From assembly GCF_009914755.1 (NCBI RefSeq), contig NC_060927.1: a stretch of 64,000 bases of DNA; one strand, given 5' to 3'. Of the stretch, positions 30,086 to 46,834 are shown piece by piece (the stretch's first letter is position 1; the number at the start of each line of letters is the position of its first letter). The stretch comes from the human T2T-CHM13v2.0 reference genome, Homo sapiens. The position numbers were made by a program, and so were the translations under genes. Below the pieces are notes generated by a model, which saw only the letters and a list, made by a program, of their open reading frames with translations, was not told where the DNA came from and did not search any database.

Positions 30086-32420
30086 TGATGGTTTTCTTTA
30101 ATGTGTTTGTTCTTAAATTATGTTTCCTGTCCTTTGGTCTTATTTGCAGCTTAATAATAACTGATTAGGTCTATGACATTCCCCAAGAACCTTAAGCTTT
30201 AATAATCTGTTTCATTAAGAAATTACTCATCTGAAGGAAACTTATTGACATTTATCTCATTCTCCCTCTTGCTCTTGTTAAGAGACACCTTTGGTTTTCA
30301 GAGACAAATAAGAAAAGGTGAGGGCCTTTATGTATCACCAGAGCCTTGAGCTAGTGTTGCAGATACAGCTTTCTTCCTGCCTGGCTGGTTTCCGCCATCT
30401 TTCTTTCTGTAGCAACAGGTGCACAATGAGGTGTGACACAGCGCCCCCCAGAAGATCCACCAAAAGCAGCACACAATGCTGCAGGCCTCCCAACCACCTA
30501 GCAAGTAGAAAAGTTCAAGGTGCTGGAAGTGTCCCATTCTAGGCAGATGCTCAAATTCTGAACACTTAAATCCCTTTGCATTTCCATAGAATTCTTTCAT
30601 CTCCATGTAGGGCTCCAATGAGCCTCCAGAAACTGTAAAACTCTCGTAATCAAATGCAATTGAAGCATCATAAAATGAAAAGTCTGGGAATTATGTGTAG
30701 GTTGCCATGACTTAACTCATTGTTCTCATTTCCTTAATAAAATATATTTTTAAATAGCTCTCTATTATTTATAGCAAAAAGTAAAAATATAAAATTTTTG
30801 ATTCAAATAATTACATAGGTAAGCTCGACAAAAGCAATTCTGAACTGTATAAAACCATACAACATAGAGTTAGCAAACATTTCTAACCCTTGATTTCTAT
30901 TTCTCTTATGATGTTGAGCCTTGCATTCATAATGCTAGATTGAATATTAGTGCTACATCCAACTAAGGTAACCATGACACCTACAAAATACACACAAGCA
31001 ATGCACATGACTGAAATCCTGTCAGATTATTCAAGTGACAATGGAAAAGAATATTACAAGGTAATTTCTAATATTGAAGATTTGTATGCATACATGAAGT
31101 ACCAACTGAAATAGATCTTCAGAATGAAATTTCCTAAAATGATTAAAGTAAAATGTGAAACCTCACAGTTTATACAAGACAAGAAACATTTGGCTGCAAA
31201 TCGTTTTATAATTTTGCTAATTAAAAATTATCCCATTTTCACTTTGGATTCATTATAACAGAAACAGGAATAACCTTACCATGCCAGAAACACAAGCAAA
31301 TGGTTAAAGTTCTACTCTCAAAAAAATCTTTAAAAGTTGGCAAAACATTCATTAGGCTACAAATCAAAACCCGTCTGTCCTTGACATCTCTTTAATGTCT
31401 TCCAGATTCCACATCTTCTTTTTTAATCACTCGCTGAATCACTCAAAAATTAAAATATGTTAAAATACCACCTATCTTGGACCTCTAGAAAAGTCCTCTG
31501 ATAGAATACAACCTTCAGCCCCCTACATAAGCCATGGATCCGTAATACCACCATCTGATTTATGTAAAGTATTCATTATATTTCACAATGAGAAAAAAAT
31601 ATTCCCAGGATCATGCCTGCATCAATAAATCTGCTACATGTGAAGAATATGAATAAATACTAAAAAGGGGCCACCATGAACTCTCTCTTGTGAAGTTTGC
31701 CAAGTAGAAATGGGTACAACTATGAGTAAAAATAAAAATCATTTTCAAGCTTCCAAGGTGTTACCAACAAAATATGCTTAAAAAAAGAAGAATGAGAGTG
31801 GCAAGGAGGTTGACTGATGAACAAGTATTTCTCTGCAAAGCTAATGAAGGCAATGTTTACAGCCTGCACTTATTTATTTATGCTTCTCTTCCCTGAGCCC
31901 TCCATGCGCCATGGGAGTCAGTATGCATTAATGGCACTGAAAACCAGAGAACCTTCCAACTGCAAGTTACAGTAGTCACTGTGTCAGTGGAAACAATGAA
32001 TCACAGACATTCAACCTGGGATGAGTTGTGGCAGCACCTTACATGTGTCACCAATGTGTCGTGTGACATGGCTGTTGCCATGGTGAGGCACCATGTTCAG
32101 GAAATGTGTTAAGTCTCATAGAAGGCACCCAGCCATCCCTCAAGATACCCATGCCCAGTAACATTGTGATTGGCTTCCTCTCTGAGAATCTTGTTGAAAG
32201 GAGGGGGGGAGGGAAAGTCACTTGGAGAAAGCTGAAAGAAAATGAAGTACACCATCCCCAGTGTTGTGTGTGTGGGCTCTGGCACATTGAGAATAGCAGT
32301 ATCTTTAACTCAAAATTAGCTTGAATAGTTTCAATGGAATAAAAGCAGACTATCCCAAAAGGGGGAGGGGGTAACTTTTACGTCACTTGCACAATTTATA
32401 TGCATTAAAACAAAGGATAG

Positions 32421-33871
<1,451 letters not shown>

Positions 33872-34469
33872 TGCTGTGGGAAACAATGCACATGGTCACA
33901 GGGCACTCAAAATTGAAGCAAAAGACGAACAGCTGAAGGAGCAAGAGATTTTTAGCCTGGAGTGGGCTCAAGAAGATCTGCTAACTCTCCTCAAATCTTT
34001 CATAGCTTGTCAAGTAGAAGAGATGGGTTTTCTAGAATCCCAAGGTACCAAACCAGAGTGGGAAGCCCATGCATGGTAGATTTGAGTCCAGTGTAAGAAA
34101 GAACTTCCTAGCCCTAACAGCTGGCCACACATATATCGGTCTTTCCCAAGGATAGAAATTCACCATCTCTCAGGTTGTTCAAATGCAGTGTGGATGTTCA
34201 TGTAGTGGTAATTAGGCCTCAAACACTGAGGCACAAGGTATAAGGAAGGGCAGGCAATATCCTTCATTCTTTTTTTGAGCACAGAATGTCTGTCTTTGAA
34301 TGTGCATGACATATATCACTACAATACATTGATAGATACACATACATATATATACAAAAAAGTTCACATCCTAGAGAAATGAGGGCAACTTTGCTGTAAT
34401 GATCACAAACCAAATATTTTGCTTAGGACAAACTTTGGGGCTAACAGCTGGCTGTAATTTACAAAAATT

Positions 34470-34680
34470 TACCATGTGCTAACTCTTTTCTAATGCTTTA
34501 TGTGTGTTAACTCATTTAAATCCCACGATCACCTATGAGTTAGGTACTATTATTTTAAAGGTGAGGAAACTGAGGCACAGAGAGATATGACCTACCCAAG
34601 ATTATACTGTTGGTAGGTGGCAGAACCAGGATTAAAGCCCAAATTGTCTGGCCAACATCCTGTATGCTTATTACCACATG
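34470..34680 (-). mobile_element. MIR
   Basis: ctcatttaaatcccac...ggtactattatttt...gaggaaactgaggcacagaga. Confidence 0.8.
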
Positions 34681-35645
34681 TAGATGTTCACTACATATCA
34701 AAGGTTCTACATCTTAACTTGGATCCTGGAATGCATTTATTTTTCACTTAACAAAAAAGATAATTTACAAAGCTTTCAGCACAAGCCTATCTTTGTTGTC
34801 TCCTCTCTCCCACTTCCTACCTTTTTTATTACAAAGGACATTTATGTGAAATCATGATATTTGCATCTTAGTCAGTCGTCTTTTCTGAATGTTTATTCCC
34901 CAACCCCAAAAACAATACTTTGGTTCATAAATTCTGACTTGGTGACAATCAGAAACTTTTTCTCTTTCATATTCAAGTCAGTTTTATCATGATACTTGAT
35001 AAAGAAATATTCCTCTAGATTATTCTTACCTTTCTTGAGAAACACCCATTTCATTTCTACTTCTTGGTGGGGCTTCCACCATCCCTTACTCTAAAGGCGC
35101 CTTGAGAATAATGCCCACAAACCTTCTTCGCACACCTTTTCTCACTCGATGCTATTTTCTACCTAGGCCTCCGTTTTATGAAAACGCCCCACTCCACAAA
35201 TTCACTCTTCCCCATGTTTCCCCTGCCCTGACTTCCTCCACCTGTTTACGACACAAAAGATTTAAATCTCCAGCAAAGAGAGGAGGGAGGATTTGCAGCA
35301 TCTTCTCTCCAGAGTGTTCACATGCACATCTGATCACTCTTGTCCTCCAGAGATTTCTTCAGACGCAATCAGCTGACACGCACATGTCGCCTGCTGTCTT
35401 CCCTCATGATAAATTAAGGAACATTTAGAAGAAAAGTTCCTACTTCTAATCCTTCAATACCACCTCTAAGGGCTTTGCTGCACCCAGGTACCACTTGCAC
35501 AGTAATCTTTATAGTTTTCCTTAAGCTTCTCACATTTTTATTAATGTCATAATTAGCAATATCATCTGAGAAGCCAGACTTGAAGTGCTAAGTTTATTTT
35601 TTGCTACAAATTAATATATAACACTATTAAAAATAATACATAACC

Positions 35646-35988
<343 letters not shown>

Positions 35989-36113
35989 TAACTTTAAAAT
36001 TTTTTTTTAAATTTTCTGTCTTGCAGAAAATTCACCTTAAATTCCTCCACTAGTGAGATATACAACACATTTTAATAACACTGGTTAGGAAGAGACTATA
36101 GTTCTTATGTCAC

Positions 36114-36417
36114 TTTTTTTTTTTTTTAGACCAACGTCTGGCTCTGTCACCCAGGCTTGATGCAGTGTAGTGGCATGATCTCAGCTCATGGCAACCTCCA
36201 CCTCCAGGATTCAAACTATCCCCCCCACCTCAGCCTCCCATGTAGCTGGGACTACAGGTGCAAGCTACCACATCCGGCTAATTTTTTTTCTTATTTTTTG
36301 TAGAGATGGGGTCTCACTATGTTGCCCAGGCTGATCTCGAACTCCTGAGCTCAAGCAATCCACCCATCTGGTCTCCCAAAGTGCTGGGATTACAGGTGTG
36401 AGCCACCACGCCCAGCC
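36114..36417 (-). mobile_element. AluJ-like
   Basis: ctatgttgcccaggctg and ctcaagcaatcc, with TSD ctta(t/c)gtcactttt. Confidence 0.9.
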
Positions 36418-36723
36418 TTACGTCACTTTTCAAAGTCTACTTTTCTTCTTTGACTTGTCTTCCCTTTTCATTTCACTCTTCACCTTGAACCTCATTTTTA
36501 CATCTAGATATATTTTTGTCTTTTATTAAGTAAAGGAAGGACCTCACTAAATTGTACTCTAAATCAATAATTATGCAGAACAGCCTGTCTCAAGATAAGC
36601 ATTAAATAAAAACTGATGACATTATTATTTCATCAGAAACCGAAGAGCAAGTGAGCGAGCAGAAACACCAGAGAGCGGGAACAAAGGGCCGGTCCTCGCC
36701 ACTACTTCCCAATCTTCTTCCAG

Positions 36724-37034
36724 ACTGGGGCTTGGCAAACTATAGGCGCGTGGGCCACATCCAACCTGCCACCAGTGAGCTAGTTTTTACTCTTAAAGGG
36801 CTGGGGGAAAATGAAAATCCTACTACTACTTAGTGACACATGAAAATCATGTGAAATTCTAATTTCGGCGTCTGTAAATAAATTGTACTGGAACACAGCC
36901 ACACCCCTTCATTTACATACCATCCATGGCTGCTTAGAGGGGACAAAGGTAAATAGTTGTAACAGACCAGGTGGCTTGCAAAGCCTAAAATGTTTACTAT
37001 CTGGCTCTTTACAGAAAAGATTCGCTGATCCCTG
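36724..37034 (+). mobile_element. MER58-family DNA transposon
   Basis: ttggcaaactat...ttgtactggaacacagccacacc...aaagcctaaaatgtttactatctggctctttacagaaaa. Confidence 0.85.
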
Positions 37035-37809
37035 TTACAGGCAGAAATTAGACTGAGCCTCCCACCATCACACACATACACGAACTTTTTTTTAATTACA
37101 AAAGTTTTCCTAAAAACACAGTAGTAAAAAAAAATAAAAATAAATAAAAATTTGAAAAAAGAACAGAAGGAACCTACCTCCATATTAGGACCACCATTAA
37201 AAGCTCATTTTTTTGTAACCGGGGCAACGACTAGAAGCACAGACACCCACCTATTGGCCTCATTATCCACCAGCTCGAATTTTGGTTCCCCTAATTTCTC
37301 ATGCAATTCTGCAGAATATTAACCATCCTAAGAGTAAACTACCCTGATACCTTTTTAAAGCAGCAACATTATTAACAATTAAAAAGCTGCCACCACACAT
37401 ACACAATAACTTTCTTATATTTTAATATGCATATCCATAGTCTGATTATAACAGCGTGGAGAGATTGACAGGAAATGACTGAGTGTAATGGCTCCAAAGG
37501 AGACAGTACATTGATCAGTAAATAATACACGTCCCTTGAAACTGTCTAACTGCATATTTACACTTGTCAACTCTCATACACTTTGATGACAGAATTCTTT
37601 TTCAAACATCTAAGTAAAAACTCTAATACTTATTTTTAAAATGCTTTTAATAATCACAAAAAGCATACTTCAAGGATATGTAAGGTTTAAATTTCACCCA
37701 CCAAATAGTGCCACCTGGAGCATTCATTGCTACATCCTCAATATTCTTGGTTTTATCAGGAAATTGGCAAAGTCTCAAAAAGGTTCAAATACAGTTACAA
37801 GCAGCATAT

Positions 37810-37990
37810 ATCTAACATTTGCAAGGTGTCAAGCACTGTATTAAGGACTTTTCACAGCCAATAGTGTGGATGACACCACTGTCCCCATTTGGCAGAAGAG
37901 AAAACTGAGGCTTGGAAGGAGTTGTGACATGGTCGGGGTTACGGTATTATTGAGTCCTGGGGCCAGGACCTGAGGCTATCCACTCAACTT
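37810..37990 (-). mobile_element. MIR
   Basis: ccccatttggcagaagagaaaactgaggct. Confidence 0.65.
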
Positions 37991-38765
37991 CAGAGACCAC
38001 ACTCTCCCTAACCAGTCTAAGGGCCTGTGTCTCAGTGTGGGCCCGAAAGTCTGTATTTAATGCGCTTCCCAGGCAGTGCTGAGATGACACTTTGAAAAAC
38101 ACAAAACGTGGAGGTAAAGAAGAAAATCTGATGGGCCCTAAATTCAGGTCTCCTCTACAGCCCTCCAAACACTGCCCGTAGGAAGATTACAGATAAAAAT
38201 CTATAACACACGTATTATAGCCCTTGGCATGTCATACATACTCAACTATGACAACTGCCATCATTTTATAAGTTACTTGGGGACTGCTGGTATGTCAGGT
38301 TAAAGACATTGTATCTGTATTGTCCAGTAAATTACTCCTGGACAAAATGGGCTGATGAGGTCAGCATCTCCTTGCCCTAAGACCCCATATCAATTAAATT
38401 ATACTGGCAGCTGAGGGCCAGCAGGTGTTGGGTAGAGGACAGGGGTGCAGAGGCCTGGTTCTATCCTGCCTGTGATTGGTTTATCAACGACTAGATTAGA
38501 CAGTGAGCTAGATAAGCCTCTCATCTCCCCAATATCCCTTTTATACAATAAAAGTGGTCAAAAATATTTAAAAGTAGAGAAAATAGTAAACCCCCTTATA
38601 TCCATCACCTAGATTCTAGATTTATCAAGCTTCTGCCCCAACATTTTTTCTTATTTTCTGAAGATTCATAAAGGAACTTGCAACTGACATGTCATTTCAC
38701 TCTTAGATAATTCAATATGCAACTTTTTAAAACAGGGAGAAAAAAGTTCCCTGAATAATAACTGA

Positions 38766-39066
38766 GGCTGGAAGCGATGGCTCACGCCTGTAATCCCAGC
38801 ACTTTGGGAGGCCAAGGCGGGCAGATCACCTGAGGTCAGGAGTTCAAGACCAGCCTGGCCAACATGGTGAAACCCCATCTCTACTAAAAATACAAAAATT
38901 AGCCAGGTGTGATGGCGTGTACCTTTAATCCCAGCTACTAGGGAGGCTGAGGCAGGAGAATCGCTTGAACCTGGGAGGCAGAGGTTGCAGTGAGCCAAGA
39001 TCATACCACATACCACTCCACTCCAGCTTAGACAACAAAGAGACTCCATCAAAAAAAAAAAAAAAA
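38766..39066 (+). mobile_element. AluSx-like
   Basis: Full dimer with polyA. Confidence 0.93.
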
Positions 39067-40538
39067 GAACCACAGAAATAATGCAGTGTTGAATCCAGTG
39101 GCATGACTCTGGGGAGATTTTTTTCAACTGAGGAAAAAGCCAGGAGGTGAGGAATATTTTGGAGAAAATTTTTGGAGGAAGCCATTCCCTTTTACATTGC
39201 TGCCTCTATAAAAATCTTGCAGATGAAGCTGCTGTTTTAAATAAGTCAGATTCCACCTCTTTCACAAAGACAAGTATAAACTACAAAATCTTCTCTGCCT
39301 AAATCAAAAAGACCTTAAAGAACCACGGAATCTATTCAAAGATGAGGAAGTAGCATGTCCTCATGGTTAAGACAAAGGTTTTGAAATTGGCCCAACTTGG
39401 AATAAAACCCACTTCTCACTCTTGCTATGCAATTCTGAGCAGGTGACTTATGCACTAACCTTCTCTCTTCTCAACATTAAAACCAGAATAATACCTAGAA
39501 CACAGAGATGTTGTTAAGGTTCAATAAGATAAGCAAGGTGATACTTGAACCAACATAGGAAAAGTAAGTGCCTGATGAATAGCTCTCTAATTATTTGTTA
39601 TAAATATTACTAAAATCTGATCGAATACAGAAGGAATAAAAAGATTTTATCTCATGAGCCTATTCCAATCCATTGGATGGTGCTACATAGAATATCTGTA
39701 GGGAAAAATCCAAAAGCCACCATCAGAACAGGCCTGCTGTTTCGGGGGCCTGCTGATTTTGTCACCCTTAATCAAAGTCAACCGTATCATCCTATTATTA
39801 CGGGCCAAGAGGGTAACAATTCACGTGTTCACCACAGTCACTCTTCCGCACTCTGCTTTTCATGACCAAAAGAAATAATAATATGCAACATATTGAAATA
39901 AAATTAAAATGTACATTAGCTAAATGATAGCTTATATGTACTAATTGCTTACTTTTCTTGAAGACAGAATAAAATGACGGCAATTCTCAACAGGCAGCTC
40001 AGCAGCCTGCATATAAACTGAATGGAAATTTCCTTCTCTTTGCTTCTGTGCATTACTTGAACCAACTTAACAGAAAACAGAATATTTTCAAAAACAACAT
40101 GCAATGGAGTTTAAGTTCCTAGAATTTTACATCACGGAAGATATCATTTGAAATATAATAGCTAAATGCCTTCCTCCCTGGTACAGCTTGCTTTGGTGTA
40201 TTGATAAGAAGTAAGATTAATATGCAAAAGGAAAATGTAAGAAACTTGCCCTGCACCGGTCAGCACCCGGCATGTATGTGCCTCTCCCTATGAGAAAGCA
40301 ACTGCACCCAGAGAGTGAAAGTCTGGGTTTGGCTCTCACATCACCACTTCCTTGCTATGTTAGAGCCTCAGTTGATACACAGGTAAAAAGAGAGCGACAT
40401 AGACTCATTCTCGTCTTTTCCAAAGTTACGCAAATTGAAAAAAAAAACACTACAAAACTATAATATTTCACAGACATAACACAAAAACCAGTTGAAGGGT
40501 AGAAAATAAACTACCTAACAAGTCAATGTGGTGCACAC

Positions 40539-40636
40539 ATATTGCCCAGGCTGGTCTCAAACTCCCGGCCTCAAGCAATCCTCCCACCTTGGCTTCCCAG
40601 TGTTGGGATTACGGGCATGAGCCACAGCACCCAGCC
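40539..40636 (-). mobile_element. Alu left-monomer/FLAM fragment
   Basis: ttgcccaggctggtctcaaactcc...gagccacagcacccagcc, with no tail. Confidence 0.85.
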
Positions 40637-43493
40637 CAGATTCTTTCATTAATATGTGAAATATGGACTGTTTAAAAACTGTCTGCCAGATATTAGGGTA
40701 AGTACTGGGTATACAAAGGCAAACTGCAAAGATCGCTCAAAAGCCCCGGCCTTATACCTTATACACTGCATTGTAAATGTAAATGGTGACTCTGTAAGCC
40801 TGCCTACAAGAATTTAGGTGGAATAATTCTGAGGCCACATCTACACTCAGTAAAGGAAAGAATATGACCAATTCAATGATGTCTGCCAAGGCACAGGATG
40901 GGCACAGAAAAGGGGAACTATAAAATCGAAAGTGTGTCAAGAATGTTTGCCACCTCTAATTTAGCCAAAAGGTTTGATGTTTTGTGTAGGTATCATGTGA
41001 ACGAAAGTCTGCCCAATACATTAAAAGTTTATGGTGAATTTGTATGTCCAGAAAAATGTGTGTATAATCCCGTAAGGGGCTTAGAGAGGAATGGAAAATA
41101 CATGCAATATAAATGCAGATTACCTTTATTACAAAGTTGGATCATATTCTCATTCCTAGACTAATTTCCTATATCATAAAACCTATATTCAATTTTATAA
41201 ATAGCATACACCAAGAATCATAAATTCAGTTAATGCAGAAATTTAACAGATTTTTTTTTAATAAAAGTGAGAAAAGGCTGTTTTAGAGCAAATATCTGAA
41301 AGGACAGAAAGGGTTCTTTCTTTGAAGATATGTTTTTCCCTTTGACTCTACCTCCTTAGGGACCTAACCAGAGAAGAAATAAATTTCACAGCTAATATAT
41401 ATGAAGTAACATGTTTAACATTATCCAATGAATTTATATCTATCTACACTATATAAATTTATCTCACATAAACTGTCACCTCCAATAGAATTCATTAAAA
41501 CAATGTTACAGCTTCTGAATTAAATGCAATCTTCTAATTGGAATTTAATCTTAAAATAGGAGTTGGGGGGTTTATTTTTTAATTGACAAATGGAATAATT
41601 CATTAGTTTGTCTTACAGTTCTGTCTGAAGAACTTAAAAGTAAATTTGACACAGGGATGGGCTGGCTACTGCTGTGTGGTACTAGGGAACTGGGGTGGGG
41701 GTGTGGAGGTTCTTTCATCAGCTGCTGAACACCTCCTGCTGCTTATGGGCAGGAAGGGATGGACACTGTCTCTCACCATCCTGAATTACTACATTACTAA
41801 TATATTCCATCACCTCCACGTAAATGTCATGTTAATTTCTGATCTTCATCAAGCCAGACAATGGTTTCCACCTTGGCCCCTAGCCAGTTAGCTATGTGGA
41901 AAATATTTAGCCAATTACATTACTTGTATTGGGTTAGGAACTGGAGAGAAAGGCAAAATAAACGCATCGAAAATACTTCACAGATAAAATGTAAGTTGAC
42001 ACTGTCTTCGCATGCGGGAGCCCGAGTGATACAATCTGATAGGCAGCTGCCAGCACTCATAACTGCTTATTAAATCTAGCCTCTCTTTATGGTGTGAGTG
42101 AAGATCTGTATTTTTACCAATATTAGGTTCATTGTGTTATGAAAGAGACCAAAATACTTAAGATCATTCGCTCCAGCTTATAAAACATATTATGTAGTTT
42201 ATTAAATTGTTAAAATTACTTTTCAAAGTCAAAATTCCAGAGACTGGAAGTTTAAGCACAACACCGTGGGCTGGCCCCCTGACAGGCTGCAGCACATGGC
42301 AGACCAGAAAGGAACCCTGTCGGCTGGCTCTCCTGGCCCAAGGTACCTGCCAGCTGCACATACCTTCTGGAAGCTGCGCCACCACCGCCCCACCCCAAAA
42401 CCGGTCACGGAAAGTCCATATTCTCGAGTTTTATTTTAAAAAGAAAGGAACTCCCAGCCAAAAAAGTAGCCCTTCACCAAGTCTTCGGTGAGAAGGATGC
42501 ATTTCCCTTGTTTTTGTCTCTTCCTAGTAAGTCAAAAGGTAGCAATTTGATTATGAGAGACATCAAAAGAGGAAGGCTGGGCAAATAAGGGAAAACAGTT
42601 GTAAGCAAATAACACATAACAATGAATGTTGCGTGACGCTTATGTCTTTTCACCAGATCTACCAGCAAGGGACAACCTAGTGGTAGAGACGATGCAATGA
42701 CAGAGCAGAGACAGACGAACAAACCAACACATTCGCCATCTCTAGTCAGCCCTTCTCAAAACAACTCTATGCAAATGCAAATTGCTATGATCACATTTAT
42801 TAATAACACTGTGGCTAACTGCCGATTAAATATGCAGCAGGCATTGCCAGCCTTCACTCTGGAAGTCCTGTGATGTGCATCCTATAGGTACCAGTGTCAA
42901 CTAAAGCTTCACACCAGGAAACAGGAGCCAACTCTGACTCCTTCCTGGTGAACGGTGGCATTAAATAACCACAGCACAAAGAGAGATACGAAGTGCTCAG
43001 CCCTTCTTTCGCTGTCTCCTGCCTCTAAGTTAATTTATTATGCAAGCATGGTTACCGCCGGCATCAATCGAGTACATTACCCGTCTTCTGACCTTAAAAA
43101 GTTGGCCATAATGATCTATCTGTGCAAACCTTTTATTTCATGGTTTCGTTTCCTTGTGTTTGAGTGAAGCAATCTGTTGTTCTGGATGCCTACCTCTGTA
43201 ACTCTGACCCTGGTCTACCAGGAGGACACTTACCATGAAACACTTCACTCAGAATTAGAGTTTATTTCAAGCCTAAAGACTCCAAATTGTCAGCTGTAAC
43301 AATTAATTGGTGCTTCTTTTGGTTGTTCAATAAACTGTAAAGTTCTAAAAGGCACAGGACTGTGAATAAATGTTTGACAATGGAATGACTAACTATCAGA
43401 TGCATAATGCACGGAAGGCCAGTCACTGCAGCACAGAGGAAGAGAGTGAGTCCTTTGAGCAAGCCTTGGAAATGCACCTTGAGAAAAAAATGG

Positions 43494-43789
<296 letters not shown>

Positions 43790-44271
43790 TGGGAGGAGAA
43801 TAGAAAATCAGAACATATGGTCCAGCTCACAGGATTTCAGGCACCTCTACCTTCTACTAAAAATACTGAGAAGGGAAGTTTTTTAAAGTCTGATAAATAC
43901 TAAGAACTGCCTTATTTACAAAAATTCTAGTATTCCACTAGGCCTAAAAGAACATTTTTTTCAAAACAGATATCATTTTCATTATAGTTCTTCAGATGGA
44001 TTTTTCAAATAATGGGCCAAATCCAATTGAAATTAATGAATAAAATGAGCCTCATCTTCAACAAATCCATTCATGTGGTTTTGTTAAATTTCATATATCA
44101 ATTTTGTAATAGTGAGATTGAGTCAGACTCTCTCAATACCAAAGACAGAGATGACAGGTAACCAAAAACCTGAGTTTGTTGTTATTTCAATACCTTCAGA
44201 ATTCTAACCCCTTTGATGAATTCTCATGTGTATATGAAACAGACCGAGGCTTTGTTCTCAACTCTACCTGA

Positions 44272-44610
<339 letters not shown>

Positions 44611-45448
44611 TAGCATGTGCTGCCTGTTCACTAATCTACAGACCATCCACAAAAGTCTATCATACATGCATAGCAATGGAAAACCTCAGGAGTTCACGGG
44701 TGAGAGAACCGAACAACTTGCCCAAGGCCACCCAGTAAAAAGATCAAAGATCACTAACAGCTCTAAAATTTCATGACTCCATTAACCATTTCTTTTCATT
44801 GTGGACATCCTTGCCCGTGTGTTACTGTTTACTATTTGCCTTATTTCTTGCCACTGACAGAAGTAATACTGTAGGGAAGACAGGAGGCTGGATTTTTTTT
44901 TTCTCTCTCTCTAGCTCCAGCAGAACCAAATGCAAAGTACAAGTTATCAGTTAACAAACTGTGGCAGGAAGTGCCTTTTCGAGCCAATAGCTCTTTGAAA
45001 ATCATCTGGTCTCTAATATTTGAGCCGGTTGCTTCACTATGAACACAGTTTCTCTGGACAATAAAACTAAAGTATTTTTTAATGTATACAAGGGGAAGGA
45101 TTTGTCAAAATGACCTCTAGCTATAAAATCTTCACAAATCTGGCCCAAGTAATTGAATGCATAACACTGTCTTAGACATATCATCAGAGGAGGCTTAAAA
45201 AGCTAAATGGGCAGGATGTCTTAATCTCTGTAATTGAAATAAGCTAGAAAGAACCACTGAATGATGACCAAATAGCTATGGTCCAGCCCAGACCAACCCC
45301 AGGGACTTAGCCATCCCACCTAGACTCATGACTTAAGCTGTCCCATTTGTAAACTGAGGTATTTAAATAGATAATTTCCAGGGCCTCAATAACACTGATA
45401 GGATAGGATCCTCTAACCTACATGCTTTGTTTTAGATATAGAAAATCA

Positions 45449-45828
<380 letters not shown>

Positions 45829-46704
45829 TCACTACACTTCTCTCCATTATTTAGAATTTGCTTCCAATACTACTGCACTAAGACAGAAAAAGATGAGGGT
45901 CTTACCAATTAAATGCTATTCAATACAAACCCTGAAATGATAAGGTTCTCCATGAAACTGACCTCATCCAATGGCAAGGCTACCACAAATGATGTCAGAG
46001 TTGTCACCCAAAATGCCTGGCCTCAACCAATCATTGTCTCTGCTAATGACAAGTCACAGTGTTCATTACTACAGGGGAGTCATTGATTGCTGAGGAACAG
46101 GATGGATGGAAAACACACTTAGAGAAAAATATCATCATGTCCTTTCTAACCTCCCCCTAAAAAGTCAATGAATAACCTAATGAGGTAAATTATGATACAA
46201 AAAAATTTCCAGAAGTCTTTCAAAAAATCTTTGAAAATCCCAAGTTTCCAATCCTTTGGCTTTCTCATAAGTCCTGATCATACAAAAAGTTTGGGATAGG
46301 ACTCTCTCAAGGAACAAATTAGACTCAAATTTCCCCTAAAACTCAAGATGAAAAAATTGTTGTCTTATTTCTTGGTGGCTCATGTTATCACCAAGTTGTA
46401 ATGGGACCAAAAAAACAATTACTCATTCAACGTTGCACATGGACCAAAACTGAGATAGTCCATCCTTCAGAGTATGATTAAAACAAACAAGCCAACAGAG
46501 GAAGTTATCCTATGTCCTATTATGCCTTTTATAAATCCTCAGATCACCGCAGGAATTATCTGAAAAGATTACACCAGAAAACAATGACAGAGTTTGTCCC
46601 TTCTTTCAAGATAAGAATCTCTCATCCTGGGTGGGCAACTGTCTTGAAGGACTTTTTGTCTTGTGAATTTTCAGATGAATAATCACAAACATTCATTCAC
46701 TCAC

Positions 46705-46781
46705 CCTTTTGGCTAGCAGGCATCACATCCATCCGTTCATGGCTGACAGCAAATCAGAGAAGGGATCGAAGCCCTCACCAT
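46705..46781 (-). promoter_or_regulatory. Cluster of upstream ORFs: uORF1 46781-46737 (MVRASIPSLICCQP*), uORF2 46740-46723 (MNGWM*), uORF3 from 46732 (MDVMPASQK..., open across the donor)
   Basis: Direct translation of the exon. Translation in vivo is not shown. Confidence 0.6.
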
Positions 46782-46834
46782 TGCCGAAATGTTTTGTTCG
46801 GAAACTGGAATTGTCAACAAAAGCTTCTGGGACA
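46705..46834 (-). other. FOXP1: FOXP1 non-coding 5'UTR exon, 130 nt (exon 3 of the long isoform by my recollection)
   Basis: The minus strand reads atatttttgtgttgcag|TGTCCCAGAAGCTTTTG...CTAGCCAAAAGG|gtgagt, with a canonical acceptor and a strong donor. It retains CpGs and has five ATGs. Gene identity is from memory, not a search. Confidence 0.9.
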
